Assembly (NCBI GenBank): GCA_965112735.1 | Contig: OZ218950.1 | Location: 868,001-932,000, forward strand | Length of the DNA stretch: 64,000 bases | Origin: Phaeosaccion multiseriatum | Taxonomy: Eukaryota > Protista > Ochrophyta, other classes | Reading direction: 5' to 3' | Shown here: in pieces, positions 18,456 through 27,602 of the stretch | How positions within the stretch are numbered: the stretch's first letter is position 1 | How the letters are laid out: the number at the start of each line of letters is the position of its first letter | Position numbers and translations under genes: made by a program | The notes under the pieces: model-generated | Told to the model about the DNA's origin: nothing | Seen by the model: only the letters and a program-made list of their open reading frames with translations | The model's database searches: none

Positions 18456-20636
18456 ATGAGGTCGCTTTTTGTCATGCTTGGGCTGTTGCTGCTGACGCTG
18501 AGTTGGAGCGCTGAGGGATGGACCATGACGACAAATGGGAGCAAGGCTCCTCAACGAACGCTGCAGCGAAACAATCGAGCAACATTAGGGTAAGCAAGGC
18601 CTGCTGCCTATAGATCTCGCTGCACCATTGGAGGGAGACTGGGAAGGGTTGGGTCTACCTCTGGCTGCAAAGCTTTCACGTTGTTCTTCCCTAGTCCCTT
18701 CCTTCAAGTCTTCAACTTACCCTTCCTCCTCCTCTCTACCCCCGTTGCTGCAATGTTGAGGGGGGGCTAGGGGAGGGAGGATCTTCCTTTGTTGCTCCTT
18801 AGCTATCCTCATTTTTCTTGCCCCGTCATTGAAGTCTTCAACTCAACCTGCTCCCCACACCCCAACTCCGTCACCCTGTGGGGAGCAGGCGAGCAACGAG
18901 GCCCGGTCCCGCTCTCATGGCCAAGTACGAGAACGAGGCGGAGTCTGCTGCCGACATGATGGCCAGAGCCGAAGAGCTGCGCGCACGTGAGTGCATCCGT
19001 GTATATATCCCATCCATCATCCATCCTGCCGGCTGCGGTACTCCACAATCAGCATCGTCCACCGCACCTCTGTCCCTGCGTGTTTCGGCCCTGGTCTGAG
19101 CCAAGTATGCCATATCTAAGTAGGGCCTTCTATTTCGTAAGGAGTGCTTTGGTTTTCGTACAATGGAAGTGCCTCTGTGCTCTATCCCCTCTCACTGATG
19201 AACCTCCTGCATCCACCCCCTCCTCGTTCCACAGAGGCCGACAAGGCTGCTAGCGAGCTGAGCGAGGGGGACCAGGCCGCACTGCTCAACGCGGTCAAGG
19301 AAAAGAAGGAAGCGGAGGTGAGGCAAGGGGGAGAGGGAGGGAGGGAGCGAGGGACGGAGTTGGAGGGAGGAAAGAGGGGAGGGAGGGAAGGAGGAAGGGG
19401 GGGGGCGGAGGGAAGGACGGAGGCCAGTGTGGCCTCTACCTGCCTCTTGCACCACCACCCCTCCACATGTATATATACACCCGTTGGGCATGAAAGAGAG
19501 CCAAGAGAGACCCTGCGTGGAGGAAGTGCTTCATGCGTTACATCCTCTTCGTGACGTGACTGCTCCCAAGTCCACCCCCCTCAAACCAATGAATCGACTT
19601 TGCACTGTGCTTGTGGTCTTCTCCACCCCCCTCCTCTCCTCCCCTCCATTCCTGCCCTCTTTGGACCTCTGTTTCCCCCCCTCCTGTCTCTCTGGATGGA
19701 ACTGACTCCGCAGGCGGCCGCCGAAGCCTCCAGCCCTAAAGTAACCCAGCAAGCGCAGAAAGCGCCCACGGGAGTTTCCAAGTCAATGAAGGAGAAACTG
19801 AGGGCGGAACTCGCCTCCCAGGGGGCCTACGAGGATCGGTGAGTTTCAGTGCCAGTGTCATGTCTCGGCCGCGTTGTCTGGCTCCAGTTGATCCGTTTTC
19901 AAAGGCCGCTAGCTGAGCTGCTCTCTTGATGTGCAGGTTTGGGACCCACTCTCCTCATTCCTCGAACGCCCCCCCGCCCCAATCCCTCCTGTACATAGAT
20001 TCATACCCTCTCCTCCTGCTCCTCCTCCTCCTCCTCCTCCTCCTCCTCCTCCTCCTCCTCCTCCTCCTCCTCCTCCTCCTCCTCCTCCTCCTCCTCCTCC
20101 TCCTCCTCCTCCTCCTCCTCCTCCTCCTCCTCCTGCTCCTGCTCCTCCTCCTCCTCCTCCTCCTCCTCCTCCTCCTCCTCCTCCTCCTCCTCCTCCTCCT
20201 CCTCCTCCTCCTCCTCCTCCTCCTCCTCCTCCTCCTCCTCCTCCTCCTCCTCCTCCTCCTCCTCCTCCTCCTCCTCCTTGTCCTCGTCCTTGTCCTATTC
20301 TGTGACTTCCTCTGGCCGCTCATAACACCCCCCCCTCCCCCACCCTGTGTCCTGTGTCAACTGCTGGTGCTTGTACCCACTTCGGAACTTGGTGCTCGCT
20401 CACCTGGTGCTTTGCGTGCCGTATTCCTACCATATCCATCGTGTTCCTGCGCTTGGGGTTGCCCATGGGTACCCAACAACAGCAAGGCCGGAAACCCCAT
20501 CCTCATCATTGCAGCCATTGTGGGTGTATTGGTGGTGCTGGGTGGCAAGGATATCTTTTACGGCCTCCCGCCAACAGTAGGCCTCGAGGATGTGCTCAGG
20601 CACGCGCAGAACTTTAGCGACGGAATGGTGGCATAG
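18456..20636 (+). CDS. Small putative plastid-targeted protein with a helical middle and C-terminal TM helix; 5 exons
   Basis: Signal peptide MRSLFVMLGLLLLTLSWSAEG followed by W and an R/T/S-rich transit-like segment. Phase-consistent exons give ARAEELRAQADKAASEL...MKEKLRAELASQGAYEDRKAGNPILIIAAIVGVLVVLGGKDIFY. Last exon is 20483-20636. Confidence 0.7.
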
Positions 20637-20843
20637 AGAGGCTTTTTCATTCATTCCGCGATGGAATGGTAACATAGAGATAGAGTGGCGGCTCCCTCCG
20701 GGATTCCTCTGGGAGAGGGGTGGGAGAAAAGCCTTTACAGTGGGGGCCTTTATATTTTTGTATGGTATTTATGAGTTCAAGAAAGAACAGCAAAGAACGG
20801 GTTGAAGAATTGAAGAAGTACAATATAAATAGAATGCGGTGCT

Positions 20844-21878
20844 TTAGCAGCCTCCATCTCCTCCACCACATCCGCCTCCTCCATCTCCTCCACCGCATCC
20901 CCCTCCTCCATCTCCTCCTCCGCCGCCCCCTCCTCCCCCCCCTCCGCCCCCTCTCACGGGCACGCTCTCGCCACAGTGAGGGCAATGGTGACGAATATCT
21001 GGACAGAAGAAGATGCAGATCAACGCCAATGGCACAGTACAGTACCACGGAATCTCTACCATATAAGCAGCCAGCCACAAAAACATGCCAGTTATTAGAA
21101 CAGATGCCCAAGCAGCCCCCCCGAAGCGAGCAGTCCTGAGCAAGGCATTCGTTTGTTCGTGATGACATCAACAACAGCAGCAACAAAAACAATAAGCAAC
21201 AACAACAGCAACAGCAACAACAAGCAACAACAACAACAACAACAACAACAACAAGCAACAACAACAACAACAACAACAACAGAAGATTAGAAGGAGGAAG
21301 ACGGAGGCGCGTGGCTAGCTAACAGGCAGTGGGTCGGTTTGCAAAAAAGTGTCTTGTGATTGTGCTGCGATCAGAGCAGTAGTAACCAGGTCAGCCAGGC
21401 AGGGGAGGGAGACGGAGTGGCTATACTCGCTGCTGTACCACCAGCGTGAGGAGAGAGAAAACAGAGGTAAAGTAGAGCCACCACCGCTCGTTTTGGTCGC
21501 TTTGGCCATCAACCTCCCCCCCCCCCTCTGCCCCTTCTTGCTTGCTCTTCTTTGTTGCTTGTCTTTTGCGAAACAAAGGACACACCGGCCGAGCCCGAGG
21601 AGGGTAGCTACTCACCGGACTTCGGTCAGGCCTTCGCGATGGCAGTGAGAGCAGGTGAAAGCGCTAGGGGTATTCGAACCCGCAGGCACCCAATGGCGCT
21701 GGTGGCGGAAAATAGGCGCAACCCGCACCGTTTGCAAAGGCACCCCTCCCATAGTGAATTGTACACTGCCTGCTGCCCGAGAAGTGCTTGGGGGTTGCGG
21801 GAAATGGTCGACCGTCATCGGCGGCCGCCCCACCACGGCTGCGTTGTTACGATCGGTGGGCCTTGCTGCTGGTCTCAT
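20844..21878 (-). CDS. LITAF-domain protein, copy A, with Gly/Cys-rich tail; 2 exons (21878-21616, 21135-20844)
   Basis: Pro-rich N-terminus, then PSAFTCSHCHREGLTEVR, a hydrophobic stretch and RHHCPHCG: the CxxC...HxCxxC LITAF signature. Tail GGGCGGGDGGGGCGGGDGGC. Confidence 0.85.
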
Positions 21879-21939
21879 TTTCTTTCCCCCTGAAGGACGA
21901 GAAAGTTTTTTTTCTTTTTGCTTTGATGCTTGTTATTGT

Positions 21940-21973
<34 letters not shown>

Positions 21974-22361
21974 GTTGTTGTTGATTGTTGTTGTTGTTAT
22001 TGTTGTTGTTGTTGTTGTTGTTGTTGTGTTGTTGTCGTTGTCGTTGTTGTTGTTGTTGTTATTGTCTTGTGGCAGTGCTTTTGGAAAGAAGAGTCGGCGG
22101 AGTGCGTCTACGTTTAGTCCAGGCGTCTGGAAGTGCGGTCATGGCTGCTCACAGGACTCAGGAAAAAGATGTGAAAAGATATCATTGACATAATTTCACG
22201 ATGGGAACGTTCTTCAATTTTTTTCCCTTTTCTCTTCTGTCTTCTGCTTCTTACTGTACTAGTAGAAGAAGTGTGGCTCGCAAGATTGAGATGTGGGACA
22301 ACAGTGCCGCCGGATCATCATGTTCCTGCGCTTGGGGTTGTCCATGGGTGCCCAACACCAG

Positions 22362-22553
22362 CAAGGTCGGAAAACGGGTTACGTAATTTTTGGTAATTGC
22401 AAAGAACTTCACACCATCCTCATCATTGCAGCCATTGTGGGTGTATTGGTGGTGCTGGGTGGCAAGGATATCTTTTACGGCCTTCCACCAACAGTAGGGC
22501 TCGAGGATGTGCTCAGGCACGCGCAGAACTTTAGCGACGGGATGGTGGTATAG
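22362..22553 (+). pseudogene. Duplicated terminal exon of the plastid-protein gene, disrupted by a frameshifting insertion
   Basis: Near-identical to 20483-20636, but AACCCC is replaced by 44 nt (net +38) containing an in-frame TAA. Confidence 0.8.
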
Positions 22554-22852
22554 AGAGGCTTTCATTCATTCCGCGATGGAATGGTAACATAGATATAGAG
22601 GGGCGGCTCCCTCTGGGATTCCTCTGAGAGGGGGGTGGGAGAAGAAGCGCGAGTAGACTTGAGGCTACAGTGGGGGCCTTTATGCTTTTTTAAAATTAAA
22701 AGGTATTTATGAGTTCAAAAAGAGCAGGAAGCGATACTTCAGAATAGGCACCTTTTTATGCCGATGGATTAGAGTGCCTCGAAGAATCAAAGTACAATAT
22801 AAATAGAATGTGGTGCTTCGTAGCCTCCATCTCCTCCACCACATCCGCCTCC

Positions 22853-23272
22853 TCAATCTCCTCCACCACATCCCCCTCCTCCATCTCCTCCTCCGCCGCC
22901 CCCTCCGCCGCCCCCCCCTCCTCCATCTCCTCCATCGCATCCCCCTCCTCCATATCCTCCCCCACCAAAAAAGCCCCCCCCTCCTCCTCCTCCTCCTCCT
23001 CCCCCTCCTCCATATCCTCCTCCTCCCCCCCATCCTCCCCCTCCTCCCCCCCAACGTGGCCTTGGGGCCTCAAACACTCTCTTGCCGCAGTGAGGGCAAT
23101 GGTGACGAACACCAGGGAAGAAGATGCAGATCAACGCCAGTGGCACAATACAGTACCAGGGAAACCCTACAACAAGAGAGACCATCAAAAATACAATAGC
23201 AGTGGTGAGAACACACGCCACAGCCTCCTGCCCGAAGTGACGACGCCTGAGCAAGACATTTGTTTGTTCACG

Positions 23273-23371
<99 letters not shown>

Positions 23372-23939
23372 GCAGATTAGAAGGGGGAAGACGGAGGCGG
23401 GCTGGCTAACAGTGGGTCGGTTTGCAAGAGGGGGGGAAGGCCAAGAAGGTTTCTCTGTCTTGAATGTGCTGCGATCAGAGCAGTAACCAGGCCAGCCAGA
23501 GAGGTCAGGGGAGTAGAGGGGAGGAGAGAGAAAACAGAGGTAAAGTAAAGCCATCGCTGGTGCTTTGGCCATCAACACCCCCCCTGGGCCACCGCCTTGT
23601 TCCCACCACTTTCCGACTCTTCCTTGTCTTGCTAAACGAAGGACCGAGGGCTACTACTCACCGGGTTTCGGTCACGCCTTCGCGATGGCAGTGATAGCAG
23701 GTGAAAGTCCTCGGGCGCATCGCACCCGGAGACACCTGCTGGTGGCGGAGAATAGGCCCACCACCAGCAGCCGGCACCGTCAAAGGCAAAGGCACCCCTC
23801 TGGTGCTGGCGGTGGGGGGAGCGTAGTATTGCAGACTGCCCGCCCGATATGGTTGAGGTTGGGGACAATGGTCGACCGTCATCGGCGGCCTCACCACCAC
23901 CACCGCTGCGTTACGATCAGTGGACTTTGCTGGTCTCAT
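22853..23939 (-). CDS. LITAF-domain protein, copy B, with a longer Gly-rich tail; 2 exons (23939-23662, 23246-22853)
   Basis: PRTFTCYHCHREGVTETR|RRHFGQ...PWYCIVPLALICIFFPGVRHHCPHCG. The intron position and phase are the same as in copy A. Confidence 0.85.
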
Positions 23940-24117
23940 TTTCGTCCCCCCTGAGAATGGACGAAGAGCAGACGTTGTTGTTGCCTTGTGGCAATGCTTT
24001 GTGGGGGGAGTGTGTGTGGCAAAGGGGGCAAAAAAAGAACGACAGAACAAATCATTGACATAAGAAGGACCGTTCCCAAAACAGCAAAACGTGAAATCAC
24101 AAAATAAGCGTCAGTTG

Positions 24118-24205
24118 TCGAACCTGATACACTATGCGCTATCCGCTATCGCCGGGGCCCGATAGCGCGCTATCGAGAATGTGGCGATAGTGTATCAGGG
24201 GTCGA
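24118..24205. repeat. Small inverted-repeat (hairpin) element
   Basis: Perfect 13-bp IR: CCTGATACACTAT (24123-24135) and ATAGTGTATCAGG (24187-24199), extendable to flanking TCGA. The interior carries repeated CGCTATC/GATAG words. Confidence 0.75.
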
Positions 24206-24280
24206 AAGTTGCAGGCTATCCTTGGCGACCAATTCGGTAAATGCTGTGGTGTGTGGCTAGGTGTGCTGATGGGGGGGTGA

Positions 24281-24568
24281 TCGGCCCTGGAAGAGGTTAT
24301 CAGATTACTGATTACGGCCGGCGCAGCCGGCCTGATTACTGATTACTGCCGGCGCCAGCCGGGCCTGATTACTGATTATGGCGCCAGCCGGGCCTGATTA
24401 CTGATTATGGCCGGCGCCAGCCGGGTCTGATTACTGATTATGACCGGCGCCAGCCGGCCTGATTACTGATTATGACGGGCGCTAGCCGGCCTGATTACTG
24501 ATTATTGGCGCCAGCCGGCCTGATTACTGATTATGACCGGCGCACACTGTAACCTCTTCCAGGGCCGA
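24281..24568. mobile_element. MITE-like non-autonomous element with 19-bp perfect TIRs around a ~30-bp tandem array
   Basis: TIRs are TCGGCCCTGGAAGAGGTTA (24281-24299) and its reverse complement (24550-24568). The interior (24303-24543) is ~8 units of GATTACTGATTATG(A/G)CCGGCGCCAGCCGGCCT. No clean TSD. Confidence 0.72.
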
Positions 24569-25381
24569 GGGCGAGAACGCCGTCTCCCTTCTACCTGTTC
24601 TGGGATGTGCCCGCTCTGCTGATCCGCTGGTGCGGGTGCTGGTGCTAGGGTTGCATCTTCTCCATCTTCTCTTCAGCGTGCCTGAAAGAGATGAGATGGA
24701 GACGGAGATGGAGCTGGGCGCGCTGAGATCCTGAGCTGAAGTGAACAGGATTCCTCCGTCGACGGTTTCATGCACCCCTCCTTCATTCCACGTCACTTCC
24801 ACACATGAAACGAGAACCAACTGAGGCTGGTTCTCCATATGCTTCCAGCGCCCCGACCATACCACACACAGAGAGAGCTCGATGTCGGGCCCACCGCAGC
24901 GCTGAATGCAGAATGCCAACCCACCCCCAAGTGGATAAGAGGAGCCCCTGGCCTGATCAGGGCTGCGTGCACTGAGGGGGGGTGGGGGGGGCGCTCACAG
25001 ATCCCGTGCGACGGGTGTACTTCGGCCCCGTTCGTACACCGCCCATGGTGGTGCCGCTGCGCCCCAGTGGGAATTGCTTTCGGTCCTGCCTGCCGCGACG
25101 GTTGTGGCCGTCCGTCGATTCCCATCAACGCTTTAGTAACCGCCGTCCAACATAGGAGCCCCCCCCCCTCTGTCTTGTCCTCCGGAAGCCCTTCGCCGCC
25201 CGCTTCCCACGTAAGTCACAACAGGAGAGGTGGGGGGTCGGGCAGCGGAGCATCGTCCTCGTCCCTTGCTTTGCCCGTGTCATACTGTAGACCGGGGCCA
25301 TTTGGGCACCCCGTCCGTCCACCCATCCTATCCTCCCTTCCTCCCTCTCTCCCTTCCTCCCCTCCTCTCGCGCCCCATGAT

Positions 25382-25949
25382 TCACGCCACTGCAGCACCG
25401 CTCTTGTGACTCAGCTCCGCCGGGAGGCCCGTTCCTCCGCCCATGGCACCCACGTGGTCATGCGCGAAGTGCTTGTTACAGCCCTCCAGGCCGCAGTCGT
25501 AGTACTCTACTCCACCTTCTCCTCCTCCGTCCTCCTCCTCCTCCCCTCCCCCCTGCTGCCCAAAGGGGTACCGGTGCCCTTCCTGCTGCTGGAGGTGGCC
25601 CAACACCTGCTTCAGGAGCTTCTCGACCTCTCCCGGATCGTTCTGAGCACCCCCTCCCCCTCTCAGACCCCCTGCATGTTCGAGCCATCCTTCCACTTCT
25701 CGGTGCTGTAGAGAGGCCCCCCTCCCGACGCCCCGCCTGTCGAGTGCAGATCGTTTTGGTTTGTCGTTTCGTTTTTGTTTCACACGCCAGGAGGAGGGGA
25801 GGGGGGGTGAAGAGGAACGATGTGCCGGGGGGAAGGGAAGGGAAGGGAAGGTAGGGGGGGGGGGGAGGGACAGACGGAGATGGAGGTAAAAGAGGGGGGC
25901 AAGAAAGGGGGAGGGAGAGGGGAGGGTGGAGAGTGGGTGAGAAATACCA

Positions 25950-25994
<45 letters not shown>

Positions 25995-27306
25995 CCACAC
26001 AGGTGGCTGCTCATTTAGAGTCCCGCACAAGCGCAGCACTTTCGTCCTACTACACACAACCAAGAAGATGGCACAGCCCTTACACAGCAGGCACGGCCGA
26101 CATAGCAGGTCAAAGGGTGCCTGTTGACGAGCAAAGGTCCCCACCCACCCACCCACCCACCCACAAGCACTCACGCACTCACTCACGTGCTGAACTGGGC
26201 CAAGCCGGGGATGCTCGCTACGAGATCGCCGTTGACGAAGCATGCGAGGGCCCCTCCTCCTCCGTCGAGCCCACCCATGCCCTGCAGCTTCCTCAGCCCC
26301 TGCCCACCATCCACCCCCCTGCTACTGCTGCTGCTGCTGCTGCTGACTCGGGTCTGCTTGAAGGCTTTTGTGGGACATCTGACGAAGCAGGATCGGAGGA
26401 AGGTCTTGGCAAGCGCCTCCAAGTGGAGATCAAGCTGCGCACTCACGTCCGAGTCCGCCTCGTATAAATGCAGCACCACCGCGCAGTCCCGCAAGGCGCC
26501 CTCCACCACGCTCTGCACCTGCTCTGCAGAGGACAGGGCGCGATGTGCTCCGTACCCCAAGCCGGCCAGTTGCTGCCGCTGCTCCACTAGCCGGCTCAGC
26601 CCCTGCAGCTGGGCGAGGTGGAGACGGCCGAGCTCAGAGGCTCCGTCTTCGAAGTCGTCCAAGAGGCTGTCAAACTCGTCACCGTCATCGCTGTCGTCCT
26701 CCCCACCACCACCACCACCACCACCACCACCACCACCACCACCACCACCATTCGTACGCGCGTTGAGTTGGTCTTGCTGCTGCTCCAGATCGACGGCCCC
26801 GCCGAGAGAGGCGGTCGTGTCTGTGTTGGTCTGGTGCTGGCCCTCCCTGGCTTGGGCGAGGGCAGGGTACTCCGCGGCCTCCCGAAGATACTCGTCCTGA
26901 CTGAGCAAGGGTGGGATAATCGCTCTTCTACCAATGCCACTGCCGTCCGCCGTGACGTTGCGGCGCTCCAAGGCAATCCTTGTGAGGTCCACCTTGTCCA
27001 GCTCCGCTCTCACCTTCGACGCTCTGTTTTTGGGGAAGACAGGGGGGAGGGAGGAGGAGAGAACGTCTACCGTCAGGAATGGTCCGTCACGGATGTGAAG
27101 GAGCCTTTACAGGCACCGCCGACAGAGAGTGTGAAATATAAAGAGGCCAGGGTGGAGGCGAGACGGCTCCTGGCTCACCTCTCTTGCGCCTCCCGGTCTT
27201 TCACGCAGCAGGGGTGGTCCTCGCCCTCGTCCCAGTCCTCACAAGACTCGTGGTCATGGTCGTGGTCGTGACCGCAGCCTCCCGTGTGGGACTTCTCGCC
27301 AGACAT
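25382..27306 (-). CDS. Phosducin-like/thioredoxin-fold protein with Cys/His-rich termini; 3 exons
   Basis: MSGEKSHTGGCGHDHDHDHESC...HPCCVKDREAQER, an acidic linker, then GYGAHR...VVLHLYEADSDVSAQLDLHLEALA...LACFVNGDLV (phosducin-like pattern), and C-terminal YDCGLEGCNKHFAHDH. Splice phases are consistent. Confidence 0.75.
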
Positions 27307-27602
27307 GGCTCAGGTAAAAAGTGGGGGGAGGTGCGGGGGGAGCCAATCCGGAACGAACATGTCGGCGCGGAACCCGTTTTGAGTTTAAGGTCACTGGCCA
27401 GGCGTTTCTGTTTGATTTGTCTGTTTTGCAAGAGGGTGAGCGAGGAGGCAGCGCACGATCCCTAGTGACCTTTAGGACGGATAGTCCCAGTCCTTCAAGC
27501 ACTGCAGCAGTAACAGAGCGGCAGCAGTAGCAGGAGTAGCAGGAGCGCATTCGAAAAGACCAGGAAGCCTTGACTGCTTGAGCAGGGTAGAGTTGCACAG
27601 CC
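27307..27602. promoter_or_regulatory. Probable bidirectional promoter (phosducin-like / CFAP52)
   Basis: Divergent ATGs at 27306 (-) and 27603 (+), ~300 bp apart. Confidence 0.55.

Larger units (their letters stand above)
20437..24065. repeat. Tandem segmental duplication of ~1.75 kb (copy A ~20437-22195, copy B ~22316-24065)
   Basis: Both copies start CATC(G/A)TGTTCCTGCGCTTGGGGTTG and end near ATCATTGACATAA. Each holds the last exon of the plastid-protein gene, a LITAF gene and a (CAA)n intron tract. Confidence 0.92.

Noticed and set aside
22853-22855. In-frame TGA in the LITAF-B tail as selenocysteine/readthrough
   Set aside because: It aligns to a Gly (GGA) codon in copy A, not Cys, and I recognised no SECIS. 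A simple nonsense change is more likely.
24303-24543. CRISPR-like regularly spaced repeats
   Set aside because: The intervening segments are variants of one sequence rather than unique spacers, no cas genes are present, the context is eukaryotic, and the array is bounded by TIRs.
24570-25380. ORFs (24524-24919 -, 24839-25711 +), small hairpins and a CGACCATACCAC 5S-like word
   Set aside because: No recognisable protein motif. The 5S resemblance does not extend, and I could identify no conserved ncRNA boxes. An Rfam scan would settle it.
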